From Candidatus Omnitrophota bacterium (GTDB lineage Bacteria; Omnitrophota; Gorgyraeia; Gygaellales; Profunditerraquicolaceae): a stretch of 64,000 nt of DNA. Position 1 is the stretch's first letter, and each line of letters starts with the position of its first letter. Shown here piece by piece: positions 39,007 through 48,972 of the stretch. The stretch is taken from positions 64,962 through 128,961 of the forward strand of contig JACQXK010000065.1 of assembly GCA_016208765.1 (NCBI GenBank), written 5' to 3'. The position numbers and the translations under genes were made by a program. The notes beneath the pieces were generated by a model. That model had not been told where the DNA came from, searched no databases, and saw nothing but the letters and a program-made list of their open reading frames with translations.

Positions 39007-40123
39007 AAAGAAAATAGTATTTTTAACTGGTACGCGTGCTGATTTTGGAAAACAAAAATCCCTGATTGAGATTACATCTAAATCAAAGAATTTTGAAACC
39101 CATATTTTTATAACAGGTATGCATATGTTAACTAAATATGGGGCGACGTCTTTTGAGGTTGAGAGCTGCGGTTTTAAGAATACTTACCAATTTATTAATC
39201 AAACTCATCATGACAGCATGGATTGTATCCTTGCTAAGACCATTGAGGGGTTCTCCCATTATGTGCAAGAAATTAAGCCTGATTTGATTGTTGTCCATGG
39301 AGATAGGGTTGAGGCTTTAGCTGGAGCAATAGTCGGTTCGCTTAATAATATCTTAGTGGCACATTTAGAAGGAGGCGAGCTTTCCGGGACAGTGGATGAG
39401 CTAATCAGGCATGCAGTAAGCAAGCTTTCTCATGTCCATTTAGTGGCCAATCATCAGGCTGAAAAAAGGCTTATTCAGATGGGAGAACACAAAGATTCAA
39501 TATTTATTATTGGTTCTCCTGATATTGATATAATGGAGTCGGATAAATTAAAATCATTGAGTTTTGTAAAAAAACGTTATGGTATTAAATTTAACAAGTA
39601 TGCGATTTTAATATTTCATCCGGTCACTACCGAGATTGCTAGTGTTTCTTGCCAGGCAAATAATATAACTGATGCAGTAATTGATTCAGGGTCTAATTTT
39701 GTTGTTATTTACCCTAATAATGATTTTGGGTCTGATTTAATCCTCAATGTTTATAAAAAGCTTGATGGTAATGCGAGGATAAAAGTTTTTTCTTCAATAC
39801 GTTTTGAATATTTTATTATTTTACTAAAAAACGCACAATTTATCTTAGGAAATTCAAGCTCAGGTATTAGAGAGGCGCCATATTTTGGTATTCCAACTAT
39901 CAACATAGGAAGCAGGCAGAATTCGCGGGCTTTAAGCAAAGAGATTATTCATTGCGGTTATTCTAAAAGTGAAATAATAACAGCTATTGATTTAGCTAAA
40001 AATATTAAAGTTAATAAAACTATGCATTTTGGCTCAGGCAAGAGCGATAAGTTTTTTATTAAGTTATTAAATTCTGGCAAGCTTTGGAGAATAGCCAAGC
40101 AGAAGCTGTTCTGTGATTTATAG
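38999..40123 (+). CDS. neuC: UDP-N-acetylglucosamine 2-epimerase (hydrolysing)
   Basis: TGTRADFGK, TGMH, HGDRVE, EGGELSGTVDE, FHPVTTE, GNSSSG; GTG at 38999 has a GGAG RBS (ORF track start 38990). Confidence 0.9.
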   Translation: MDKKKIVFLTGTRADFGKQKSLIEITSKSKNFETHIFITGMHMLTKYGATSFEVESCGFKNTYQFINQTHHDSMDCILAKTIEGFSHYVQEIKPDLIVVHGDRVEALAGAIVGSLNNILVAHLEGGELSGTVDELIRHAVSKLSHVHLVANHQAEKRLIQMGEHKDSIFIIGSPDIDIMESDKLKSLSFVKKRYGIKFNKYAILIFHPVTTEIASVSCQANNITDAVIDSGSNFVVIYPNNDFGSDLILNVYKKLDGNARIKVFSSIRFEYFIILLKNAQFILGNSSSGIREAPYFGIPTINIGSRQNSRALSKEIIHCGYSKSEIITAIDLAKNIKVNKTMHFGSGKSDKFFIKLLNSGKLWRIAKQKLFCDL

Positions 40124-40144
40124 AAATTCGGAACAATTTTTATT

Positions 40145-41584
40145 ATGACAAACAAAATACGGATAATACCAAGATTAGATATTAAGGGCCCGAATGTAGT
40201 TAAAGGAATTCAGCTGGAAGGATTAAGGGTCGTTGGGAATCCTTCTGAGTTAGCCCGTAAATATTATAATGAGGGCGCGGATGAGTTGATATACATAGAT
40301 ATTGTAGCCAGCCTTTATGACCGAAATAACTTGGCACATATTGTAGAAGAGACTACGAAAAACGGTGTTTTTATTCCAATTACTGTTGGTGGTGGGTTAA
40401 GAAGCTTGAGCGATATAGGAAAGATGCTCAGGTCTGGGGCAGATAAAGTAGCTATTAATACGGCGGCGGTGAAAAATCCAAATTTAATCAAGGAAGCGGC
40501 TATGGCCTTTGGTTCATCTACGATTGTGCTTTCGGTTGAAGCGAAAAAAATTAGTGAAGGTAACTGGGAAGTTTATATTGAAAATGGAAGGCAAAAAACT
40601 CAATTAGACGTTATAGAATGGATAAAGCAAGGAATTGAATTGGGCGCAGGGGAAATTTTAATTACTTCTGTAGATAAAGATGGGACAAAGAGTGGCTATG
40701 ATATGGATTTAATTAATGCAGTTGCTTTAATTTCCAAGGTTCCTGTGGTAGTTTCAGGCGGCGCGGGTTCTTTGGAGGACGTGAGCCAATGTATGCTAAA
40801 TAAGAATATTAATGGAATTTCTTTGGCTACCTTGCTTCACTACGGGGAGTTGAATATTAATGATATTAAGTCTGTACTTAAGCAAAGGTTTAACAATAGG
40901 GTTCGTCACGAAATTAAAAAAGAGAATTATGTTTTGGATAAAAGAATTGATGTTGAGGTTTCAATAATTGATTATAACTTAAGTAATTTGCATAGCGTGA
41001 GGAATGCATTTAGGCAAATAGGCGCGGAAGCAAAATTTATTAATAATCCAGAAGATGTTTTGAATGCTAAGTGTTTAGTTTTACCGGGTGTTGGAACTTT
41101 TGAAGAAGGAATGAAGAATTTAACAACTAAAGGACTGGATGATGCTATAAGAAAATACGTTAGAATGGGAAAACCTTTATTGGGAATTTGTCTGGGAATG
41201 GAGCTGTTGTTGACGAAAAGTTATGAATTCGGCGAACATGATGGGTTGGGCATAATTGAGGGAGAAGTCCTTCCTTTTAGAAAAGAAGATTTTTCCTGCG
41301 AAGATTACAAGATTCCTCATGTTGGGTGGAATACAATTTCTATGGATACAAATTGCAAGGGGTCAATTTTTGATTTAGGTTTAAACAATATTGATGCATA
41401 TTTTGTGCACTCTCTCTATGTAAAGCCGGATAATTTGAGCGATGTTTACGGGTCAACGGATTATTTTGGCAAGAAATTTGCTTCTGTGATACAAAGAGGG
41501 AATATTTTTGGTTGTCAGTTTCATCCGGAGAAAAGCGGGAATATCGGTTTAAAAATTCTAGGAAACTTTTGTAAAAAAGGATAG
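40145..41584 (+). CDS. HisF-like cyclase / HisH-like glutaminase fusion (WbuZ-WbuY type ammonia donor)
   Basis: N-terminal RIIPRLD..VVKG, GGG.R, TSVDKDGT, SGGAG; C-terminal PGVG, GICLG, FVHS, QFHPEKS. Confidence 0.88.
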   Translation: MTNKIRIIPRLDIKGPNVVKGIQLEGLRVVGNPSELARKYYNEGADELIYIDIVASLYDRNNLAHIVEETTKNGVFIPITVGGGLRSLSDIGKMLRSGADKVAINTAAVKNPNLIKEAAMAFGSSTIVLSVEAKKISEGNWEVYIENGRQKTQLDVIEWIKQGIELGAGEILITSVDKDGTKSGYDMDLINAVALISKVPVVVSGGAGSLEDVSQCMLNKNINGISLATLLHYGELNINDIKSVLKQRFNNRVRHEIKKENYVLDKRIDVEVSIIDYNLSNLHSVRNAFRQIGAEAKFINNPEDVLNAKCLVLPGVGTFEEGMKNLTTKGLDDAIRKYVRMGKPLLGICLGMELLLTKSYEFGEHDGLGIIEGEVLPFRKEDFSCEDYKIPHVGWNTISMDTNCKGSIFDLGLNNIDAYFVHSLYVKPDNLSDVYGSTDYFGKKFASVIQRGNIFGCQFHPEKSGNIGLKILGNFCKKG

Positions 41585-41598
41585 AAACGGAGAAAACA

Positions 41599-42822
41599 AT
41601 GGATGTAAAGATTAAAAAAGTAGACCTTGGTTTACCTGAAAAAGTTTTATTTTGCAAGAAATGCGTAATTTCTAATCAAAGGCCAAGTTCAACAATTGAG
41701 TTTAAAAATCGCCCTGGGGATGTAAAAAAAACAATCAATTTTGGCACGGACCAAGTCTGTGATGCTTGCAGATTTGCAGAATATAAAAATACAAAGATTG
41801 ATTGGATGGCCCGGGAGAATGAATTAAAGAAGTTGTGTGATAAATTTCGTAGAAATGATGGATATTGGGATTGTATTGTACCAAGTAGTGGAGGCAAGGA
41901 TAGCGCATTTACGGCGCATAAGTTGAAATACAAGTATGGCATGAATCCTTTGACTGTTACCTGGGCTCCGCATGAATATACGGATATAGGCAGAAGAAAC
42001 CTTCAGAGTTTTATTAATTCTGGTTTTGACAATATTTTAGTGACGCCTAATGGTAAAGTTCATAAATATTTAACAAAATTAGCTTTTTTGAATCTTTGCC
42101 ATCCGTTCCAGCCTTTTATTCTCGGGCAGAGATTTATAGGGCCTAAAGTTGCAATTGAAAAGAATATTCCTCTTATTTTCTACGGAGAAAACCAGGCGGA
42201 GTATGGCAATGACATAAAAGAAAATGAAGACCCGAGAATGAGTATGAATTTTTTCTTTTCTGAGAGGGATTATGACAAGATATTTCTGGGAGGTGTGTCT
42301 GCAAGCGAGCTTATAATGAAACATGGTTTAACTAAGAATGATATAGAAATGTATTTACCTCCAGCCAAGGATGAGATTTTATCAAAGAAAGTTTCAGTAT
42401 ATTACTTAGGGTATTACATTAAATGGGATCCTCAGGAGTGTTTTTATTATGCAGCGCAAAATACCGGTTTCCAAACTAATACAGAGAGAACCGAGGGTAC
42501 TTATTCAAAATACAGCAGCATTGATGATAAAATTGATTATATTCATTATTTTACAACTTTGATAAAATTCGGTATCGGCAGGGCTACCTATGATGCTGCT
42601 CAAGAGATAAGAAACGGGAAAATTTCGCGGGAAGAAGGCGTTGCGCTGGTGAAGAAGTATGATACAGAGTTTCCTAAAAAGTTTTTTCAGGACTGTTTAA
42701 GGTATATGGATATTACTGAAGAGCAATTTTGGGATACTGTTAATAAGTTCCGGTCGCAGCATTTATGGGAAGAAGTTGACGGAAAGTTTATTTTAAAACA
42801 GCAGGTTTCTAATAACATTTAA
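41599..42822 (+). CDS. N-acetyl sugar amidotransferase (WbuX/PseA family)
   Basis: CKKC..QRP, CDAC, PP-loop SGGKDS, KFGIGRA. Confidence 0.88.
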   Translation: MDVKIKKVDLGLPEKVLFCKKCVISNQRPSSTIEFKNRPGDVKKTINFGTDQVCDACRFAEYKNTKIDWMARENELKKLCDKFRRNDGYWDCIVPSSGGKDSAFTAHKLKYKYGMNPLTVTWAPHEYTDIGRRNLQSFINSGFDNILVTPNGKVHKYLTKLAFLNLCHPFQPFILGQRFIGPKVAIEKNIPLIFYGENQAEYGNDIKENEDPRMSMNFFFSERDYDKIFLGGVSASELIMKHGLTKNDIEMYLPPAKDEILSKKVSVYYLGYYIKWDPQECFYYAAQNTGFQTNTERTEGTYSKYSSIDDKIDYIHYFTTLIKFGIGRATYDAAQEIRNGKISREEGVALVKKYDTEFPKKFFQDCLRYMDITEEQFWDTVNKFRSQHLWEEVDGKFILKQQVSNNI

Positions 42823-42833
42823 GTTTATTAATA

Positions 42834-43547
42834 ATGTATAAAAATAAAAAAATTCTAGCAGTTATTACGGCCCGGGGCGGGAGCAAGGGTATTCTTGGTA
42901 AGAATATAAAACCTTTATCAGGGAAGCCGCTTATTTACTGGACCCTGAGTGAAGCAAGAAAGAGTAAATATATTGATAAGATTATTGTTAGCACTGATGA
43001 TCCTGGTATCGCTGATATTTCAAGAAAACATGGAGCGGAAGTGCCTTTTTTGAGGCCCAAAAAACTTGCTCAGGATAAATCCAGCTCTATGGATGTTTTA
43101 TTTCATGCAATTGACTGGTTAAAGCAGAGAGGGTTGGTTTTTGATATTGTAGTGCTTTTGCAACCAACGTCTCCATTAAGGACCAAAACAGATATTGATG
43201 AGGCCTTAATGGCATTATTTAAAAGAAATGCTATGGCAATTGTATCTGTGGCAGAGGCATTTTATCCTCCGTTGTGGACAAACACTTTGCCTTCGGATGG
43301 AAATATGAAAAATTTCTTGCCAAAAGGGTTTGTTAATAAGAACCGTCAAAGCCTTCCAAAATATTACCAATTTAACGGAGCAATATATTTAGGGCTTATT
43401 GAATACATTAAGAAAAAGAGGTCTTTTTTAGGAGAAAGTACATATGCATATCTTATGCCAAAGGAGAGGTCAGTTGATATTGATGATACTATTGATTTTT
43501 TAATGGCAGAGATATTGTTAAAGAAGCAGAAAGATATTAGAAAATGA
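42834..43547 (+). CDS. neuA: Acylneuraminate cytidylyltransferase
   Basis: ARGGSKGI..KN, VSTDD, LQPTSPLR, NGAIY, DIDD. Confidence 0.9.
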   Translation: MYKNKKILAVITARGGSKGILGKNIKPLSGKPLIYWTLSEARKSKYIDKIIVSTDDPGIADISRKHGAEVPFLRPKKLAQDKSSSMDVLFHAIDWLKQRGLVFDIVVLLQPTSPLRTKTDIDEALMALFKRNAMAIVSVAEAFYPPLWTNTLPSDGNMKNFLPKGFVNKNRQSLPKYYQFNGAIYLGLIEYIKKKRSFLGESTYAYLMPKERSVDIDDTIDFLMAEILLKKQKDIRK

Positions 43548-45427
43548 GTAAAAAATTAATTTTTGTTGATAATATTGAGTTCATTAAAGACAATTCTTGC
43601 AGAATAGCTGAGATAATAAGAAATGAAAAAGCCTTAGTGTTGCCTTTATCGGATTTAGTCTTTTTGTATATGAAAAACAAGGGATTCAATTGTATTGATT
43701 TCCATGATTTTGAATATAAGGGCCTGTATGAAAATGTTTATTCTGTGGCAAGGGAATGGGGGACAGGTTGGTATAAACCAAGAAATAAAGACTTTTCTGA
43801 GGTAGATTCAGTTTCCCTGGGGACAATGATAGATTGGTTTATGATATATTTCTTTACTCATTTCTTGAGGATGCATCTTTTTTTAGGTGAGGTTATTAAG
43901 AACCTTAAGCCTAACGAAATAATATTCATTACAGCAAAAGAAGTGGATTATATGGAAGCGCCGTTAAAATTACGAAATGTTGACTGTAATTTATTGCAGC
44001 ATATGGTTAAAAGTATTGCAGGAACATTAAATCTTCACCTGTCTACCAAATTAATAAAGCTTACATCTCAAGAAAAATCTCAAAAACGCAAATTTAATTT
44101 TATCCGTCCAGTTTTTTACTATTTTAATGTTGTTTTATCAAGGTTGTTTAGTCTCTGCAACTTTATCTTACGTAAAAACAGAAAAATTATCTTTTACGAA
44201 GGTTTCCGGCACTTTTTTCCAGTAATGGCATCTAGTTTATTAAGAAATTTGGAGATAATCCATTTAGAAAAGGTAATTGGCTTATCTTTAATGCAGAAGT
44301 TGTATTCAAGAGGAATTAGAATAGATGTTTTAAATAAGAAAAATAGTCTCAATAAAATAAAAAAGCCTTGTTTTGATTTAATTAAAATTAAGGCAGAGCT
44401 TTCCGGTTATTTTATTTACAAGGGACAGGATTTTTTGGATTCTGTCTGGCCGAGGATTGAATATTTATTTAGATTTTTCCTGCCTGATTATGTTTATCCG
44501 GATTTGATAAACATAACGAAGTATATGCGGGCAAGCAATGCTAGTTGCTTAATCGTAGAAAATGATTCTACTTATGATGAGAAAATGCTTGTTATTGTTG
44601 CGAAAAAGTTTGGAGTTTATACGGTTGTAATACAAAATGGTGCGACTTGGATAGGTGAAGCTTTTAAAAGTAGAGAAATCTCTATTCATGATTTTTACCC
44701 TTTGATTGCAGATAAGTTTTTGGCTTATGGAGAATTGAATAAGAGTTGGTATAAAAATATGAATGTTGACCCAGAAAAAATTGTTGTTACTGGGGCTGCA
44801 AGGTTTGACGAGTATTATAAAACAAGAAATTCGTTTAAAATCTTAAAAAGAAAGAGCAATGCTGTCCTTGTCCTGTTAAATGATGTGACAGACCAGGACG
44901 TGGTAGTTTCAGAATATGATGTTACGGCCAAAATGTTTTATAAACATATAAATGAATTTATAAAAATAGCAAAAAATAGCCCAGACGTTAAATTTATTAT
45001 AAGGCCGCATCATAATGAGGGGTTCTGGAGAAGTATTTTTGAAGAAGAGATGCAAGGCTTGAATAATTTAGAAATTTCTCGTAAGGATACTTTGGTTCGG
45101 ATATTGCCTTTGGTGAATATAGTGGTTGGATATTATTCTACTGCTTTACTTGAAGCTTTAATCTTCAGGAAAATCGTTGTTAGTTTAGATACAGGAGAGT
45201 TTCTTAATCCATTTAAGCTATGGGATTATGATTTGTCAAAAAGGGTGGAGAACTTTACAGAATTAGAGGCGCAGATAAAGATTTATCTTTTTGATGAGCC
45301 GGAGCAAAGATTATTTATCAAGAAAATTGATGATAACTTGCGTTTGTTTAATTTTAATGATGACGGGAAAGCAGCAGAACGAATTGCGGGTTATTTAGGC
45401 AAAACTTTAATTAATAATTATGCATAG
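43544..45427 (+). CDS. Putative GT-B glycosyltransferase (CDP-glycerol transferase/capsule-synthesis-like; candidate nonulosonate transferase)
   Basis: QNG, TGAARFD, IIRPHH, STALLEAL, DGKAAERI; directly after neuA. Confidence 0.55.
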   Translation: MSKKLIFVDNIEFIKDNSCRIAEIIRNEKALVLPLSDLVFLYMKNKGFNCIDFHDFEYKGLYENVYSVAREWGTGWYKPRNKDFSEVDSVSLGTMIDWFMIYFFTHFLRMHLFLGEVIKNLKPNEIIFITAKEVDYMEAPLKLRNVDCNLLQHMVKSIAGTLNLHLSTKLIKLTSQEKSQKRKFNFIRPVFYYFNVVLSRLFSLCNFILRKNRKIIFYEGFRHFFPVMASSLLRNLEIIHLEKVIGLSLMQKLYSRGIRIDVLNKKNSLNKIKKPCFDLIKIKAELSGYFIYKGQDFLDSVWPRIEYLFRFFLPDYVYPDLINITKYMRASNASCLIVENDSTYDEKMLVIVAKKFGVYTVVIQNGATWIGEAFKSREISIHDFYPLIADKFLAYGELNKSWYKNMNVDPEKIVVTGAARFDEYYKTRNSFKILKRKSNAVLVLLNDVTDQDVVVSEYDVTAKMFYKHINEFIKIAKNSPDVKFIIRPHHNEGFWRSIFEEEMQGLNNLEISRKDTLVRILPLVNIVVGYYSTALLEALIFRKIVVSLDTGEFLNPFKLWDYDLSKRVENFTELEAQIKIYLFDEPEQRLFIKKIDDNLRLFNFNDDGKAAERIAGYLGKTLINNYA

Positions 45428-46898
45428 AAAAAAACAAATTATAAAAGATACCTTTAAGTTGACTTTTGCGCGTTATTGCTCTCAGGGCATAGGGTTTTTT
45501 ACTTCTATTGCCATGCGCCGCTTTTTGGGGCCATTTTATATCGGCATCTGGAGCCTTTTAAAAATTACTATGGATTATAGCACGTATTTGTTGTTAGGGG
45601 TGAATGAGGGTTTAGGTTATAAGATTCCTGCATTGATGGGGCAGAATAAATCGGAAGAGGAAGAACGCATAAAAGACGCAGGATTTAGTTTTGTGTTTAT
45701 TATTTCCCTGGTTACTTCAATAATATTGCTTATTTCTGCATTTGTTCTGAGGAAAAATTACCCAATTGAGGTAATTATTGGGATTATTGTTTTATCTTTA
45801 TATATTTTGCTTGATAGAATATGCGGTTTTTATATGCTTCTTTTAAGGGCTAGGAAAAATTTTTCCATGTTGAGTAAGGCAATTATTTTTGATGCAGCTA
45901 CAAATCTAATTTTAATATTTCTTTTTGTGAGAAATTTTAAGATCTATGGCCTCTACATTGCAGTTATGGTTTTGTCGGTTTTAAATACCGTTTTTATCCA
46001 TGTTCAGGCAAAATACAAGGTTAATTTTGTATTAAATTTTAAAGGATTGGGCAATATTTTGAAGGTCGGATTTCCAATTACTGCCATGGGTTTTTTGGAT
46101 TGGATATTAGCTAGTGCCGACAGGATCATGATCGCTAAGATGATAGGCGTCACTTATGTTGGTTTTTATAGCGTTTCAATAATGACTAAGAGCTACATAA
46201 GCCAACTATCTAGTTTTGGGACTGTCATATACCCGCATCTTATTGAAGATTTTAGTAAAAAAGAAAACATCAATGATATTAAGAAGTATGCCATTGTCCC
46301 TCCTAAAGTTAATGCTTATACGTTACCTTTACTTTTAGGAATAATCTTTTTTTCTGCCCCTGTATTAATAAAATTAGTTTTACCTAAATTTTCTCCAGGT
46401 ATCCTGGCTATACAGATTTTATTGATTGATATGTTTTTCCGGGCTTGTTATCCGCAGGCAATTCATTTTATCGTGGCTTTAAAGAAGCAGGCTAGGATTC
46501 TTCCGATCATGGGGGTAGCAATAATTCTTAGCGTGGTTGGCAACTATTTAATGATTAAGAAAGGTTATGGGATTTATGGTGTTGCTGCTACAACTTCAAC
46601 GGTTTCATTCTTTAGCTTTGTAGCAATTCAGACGTATGCTCTAAAGCATTTTGCGCGGCCAAAGGAGATTGTGTTATTTTTTGTGGAAATCCTGGCTCCT
46701 TTTGTTTACACAATGATTTTTGTGCTGTTATTAAATAAAATAATCCAAATCCAAAATCTTTACGTTGGCACTTTAATTAAGATTTCAATATTATTTATTA
46801 TTTCACTGCCATTGTTATTTTATATAAACAAAAAGACCCAGGTATTAAACCTTGTGGTTGGAATAATTAAGGATAAGATTAAGCTTAAGTCAAAATGA
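45420..46898 (+). CDS. wzx: Wzx-type oligosaccharide flippase
   Basis: About 12-14 TM segments, RRFLGP..GIW, DRIMI..VGFY, YGIYGVA. Confidence 0.82.
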   Translation: MHRKKQIIKDTFKLTFARYCSQGIGFFTSIAMRRFLGPFYIGIWSLLKITMDYSTYLLLGVNEGLGYKIPALMGQNKSEEEERIKDAGFSFVFIISLVTSIILLISAFVLRKNYPIEVIIGIIVLSLYILLDRICGFYMLLLRARKNFSMLSKAIIFDAATNLILIFLFVRNFKIYGLYIAVMVLSVLNTVFIHVQAKYKVNFVLNFKGLGNILKVGFPITAMGFLDWILASADRIMIAKMIGVTYVGFYSVSIMTKSYISQLSSFGTVIYPHLIEDFSKKENINDIKKYAIVPPKVNAYTLPLLLGIIFFSAPVLIKLVLPKFSPGILAIQILLIDMFFRACYPQAIHFIVALKKQARILPIMGVAIILSVVGNYLMIKKGYGIYGVAATTSTVSFFSFVAIQTYALKHFARPKEIVLFFVEILAPFVYTMIFVLLLNKIIQIQNLYVGTLIKISILFIISLPLLFYINKKTQVLNLVVGIIKDKIKLKSK

Positions 46899-48202
46899 AT
46901 CTAAATAAAGAAGAAATTATAAATAATAGCTTTGAGATTGTTTTTTGGTCCCATGGCCACAACGATGCGGAGCGATTCCTGCCGTTAATGGTCAATTTGA
47001 ATAAAAAGGGAGTGAGAACTTTGCTTTTTTTTCAGAATTTTGATTTTAGGGACGGGTTATCATTTACGAATCAGAAGATAGTTGATAGGTTTGGGTTAAA
47101 TGTTCTGGATTATTCTTATTTTCTAAAGACTAAATTGTATTTGTTGTTAGTGACTGTTTTTGTCCGGTTATTTAAGAAAATAATTAAAATAAAGTTTTTT
47201 TATAATAAATGCAATGGGCTTCGTTCAAAATTGCTAAAACTCAGTATTACAGAGGATTTTATCAGAAATGTAATTATGAAGTTCCACCCGAAAATAAGTT
47301 TTTTTGATAACATATCTTTACTTAAAAATACTGGTTATCCTTACGGCAGTTATTTTATTAAGAAGAATTCTGTTGAATTTGGGATCAAATGTTTTTCTAT
47401 TTGTCACGGAGGTACTGTCCATGTGCCTAAAATGTTGGAAAGCGAGCCAGTTTTTATTGATTTTGATAAAATGTATGAACCAAATTCTTACGAAGAACAG
47501 TGGGATAATTCCTTGCTGGTTTCTAAAGAAAAAAAAGCGGTGGCATTTGGCGACCCAAGATTTGATCAGAATTGGAAGGGCGTGTTGAAAGAAACATGTC
47601 AAAATTCACTCAGTTTTGAGATTGAAAAGGAAAATAATAACTATAAACTAAAGCTTTTATATTTATCTCCGAACCTCGAGCAATTTAATGAAGAAGACTT
47701 GAAATATAAAAATCTTTCTGATGTTGTTAGAATAGCTAAGGATACTGGAAATTCACTGTTGTTGATAAAACCTCACCCTCGTTATAGACAAGAAGAAAAA
47801 ATAAAAAAGTTGATGAAAAGAATTAATTTTAAAGATTACCATATTCTTGAAGACGAACCTTTGGTTTGTTATTTGGATTTCATTGACTTTATAATTACTA
47901 CTGGGACCTCTGCCCTACATGATGCTTTGCCAGAGAATTATGGTAAAATAATAATTTATGATACCTTTGGAGAAGGCATGGGCCTGAGAAATATTTTCAA
48001 AGAAAGTTTCATTAATTTTGATTCTTTTGAGAAAATGCGAGATTTTTTTAAAAAAAGAAACTATCTCATTGAATCCAATGTTGAAAACGCTCAGAAGGCA
48101 GAAGAATTTAGCAGAAGATGGGTTGCTGCAGGAGGAGAATTAAATACTGTAATAGAGCGAATTTCTGATGATTTATGTAAAGAGTTGGGGAAAATAAGCT
48201 AA
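46895..48202 (+). CDS. Hypothetical GT-B-like protein (candidate ulosonate transferase)
   Basis: HGG, GDPRFD, IKPHPR, TSALHDA motifs paralleling 43544-45427. Confidence 0.5.
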   Translation: MNLNKEEIINNSFEIVFWSHGHNDAERFLPLMVNLNKKGVRTLLFFQNFDFRDGLSFTNQKIVDRFGLNVLDYSYFLKTKLYLLLVTVFVRLFKKIIKIKFFYNKCNGLRSKLLKLSITEDFIRNVIMKFHPKISFFDNISLLKNTGYPYGSYFIKKNSVEFGIKCFSICHGGTVHVPKMLESEPVFIDFDKMYEPNSYEEQWDNSLLVSKEKKAVAFGDPRFDQNWKGVLKETCQNSLSFEIEKENNNYKLKLLYLSPNLEQFNEEDLKYKNLSDVVRIAKDTGNSLLLIKPHPRYRQEEKIKKLMKRINFKDYHILEDEPLVCYLDFIDFIITTGTSALHDALPENYGKIIIYDTFGEGMGLRNIFKESFINFDSFEKMRDFFKKRNYLIESNVENAQKAEEFSRRWVAAGGELNTVIERISDDLCKELGKIS

Positions 48203-48213
48203 AAGGAGAACTG

Positions 48214-48972
48214 ATGAATTTGAAAGAAAAGCTAAAGAATGGGCAAGTAAGTATTGGTTCTTGGTTAACTATTGGAGATGCTTCAGTAGCAGAAATAATG
48301 TCAAAATCTGGTTTTGACTGGTTGGCAGTGGATATGGAGCATTCAGCGATTACGCTTAAAGAGGCGCAAGATTTAATACGGATAATTGAATTGTGTGGAG
48401 TGGTTCCATTAGTGCGAGTTGGAGAAAATAACCCTAATTTGATAAAAAGAGTTATGGATGCCGGTGCGCATGGCGTAATTGTCCCAATGGTGAATAGCAA
48501 AGATGATGCTATCAAGGCGTTCAATTCTACAAAATACCCGCCTTTAGGAAAAAGGGGTGTAGGTCTGGCAAGAGCACAAAATTACGGTTTGGGTTTTGAG
48601 CGTTATAAGAAATGGGTAAATAAAGGCAGTATTGTAATTGTTCAAATTGAGCATATAGAAGCAGTAGAAAATCTGGAAGAGATATTTTCCGTTGATGGAC
48701 TTGATGGTTTTATAATCGGGCCATATGATCTTTCAGCTTCTTTGGGCACTCCGGGAGATTTTAAGAACAGTAAATTTGTCAGGGCAATTAATAGAATAAA
48801 AGAAGTTGCTAAAAAATATGAAATACCTGCTGGCTTGCACGTAATTGATCCAAGCGCTGTAAAATTAAATCATTCCATAAAGGAAGGTTATAAATTCATT
48901 GGGTTTAGTTTGGATGCGTTATTGTTAGGAACAAAATGTAAGCAGGAAATGGAAGCAATTAATTATAAATGA
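48214..48972 (+). CDS. HpcH/HpaI class II pyruvate aldolase
   Basis: DMEH, KRVMDAGA, YPPLGKRG, QIE, IGPYDLS. Confidence 0.9.
   Translation: MNLKEKLKNGQVSIGSWLTIGDASVAEIMSKSGFDWLAVDMEHSAITLKEAQDLIRIIELCGVVPLVRVGENNPNLIKRVMDAGAHGVIVPMVNSKDDAIKAFNSTKYPPLGKRGVGLARAQNYGLGFERYKKWVNKGSIVIVQIEHIEAVENLEEIFSVDGLDGFIIGPYDLSASLGTPGDFKNSKFVRAINRIKEVAKKYEIPAGLHVIDPSAVKLNHSIKEGYKFIGFSLDALLLGTKCKQEMEAINYK

Noticed and set aside
40145-41584. Histidine biosynthesis hisF/hisH
   Set aside because: No other his genes are present, and it is adjacent to an N-acetyl sugar amidotransferase, the known glycan-paralog context
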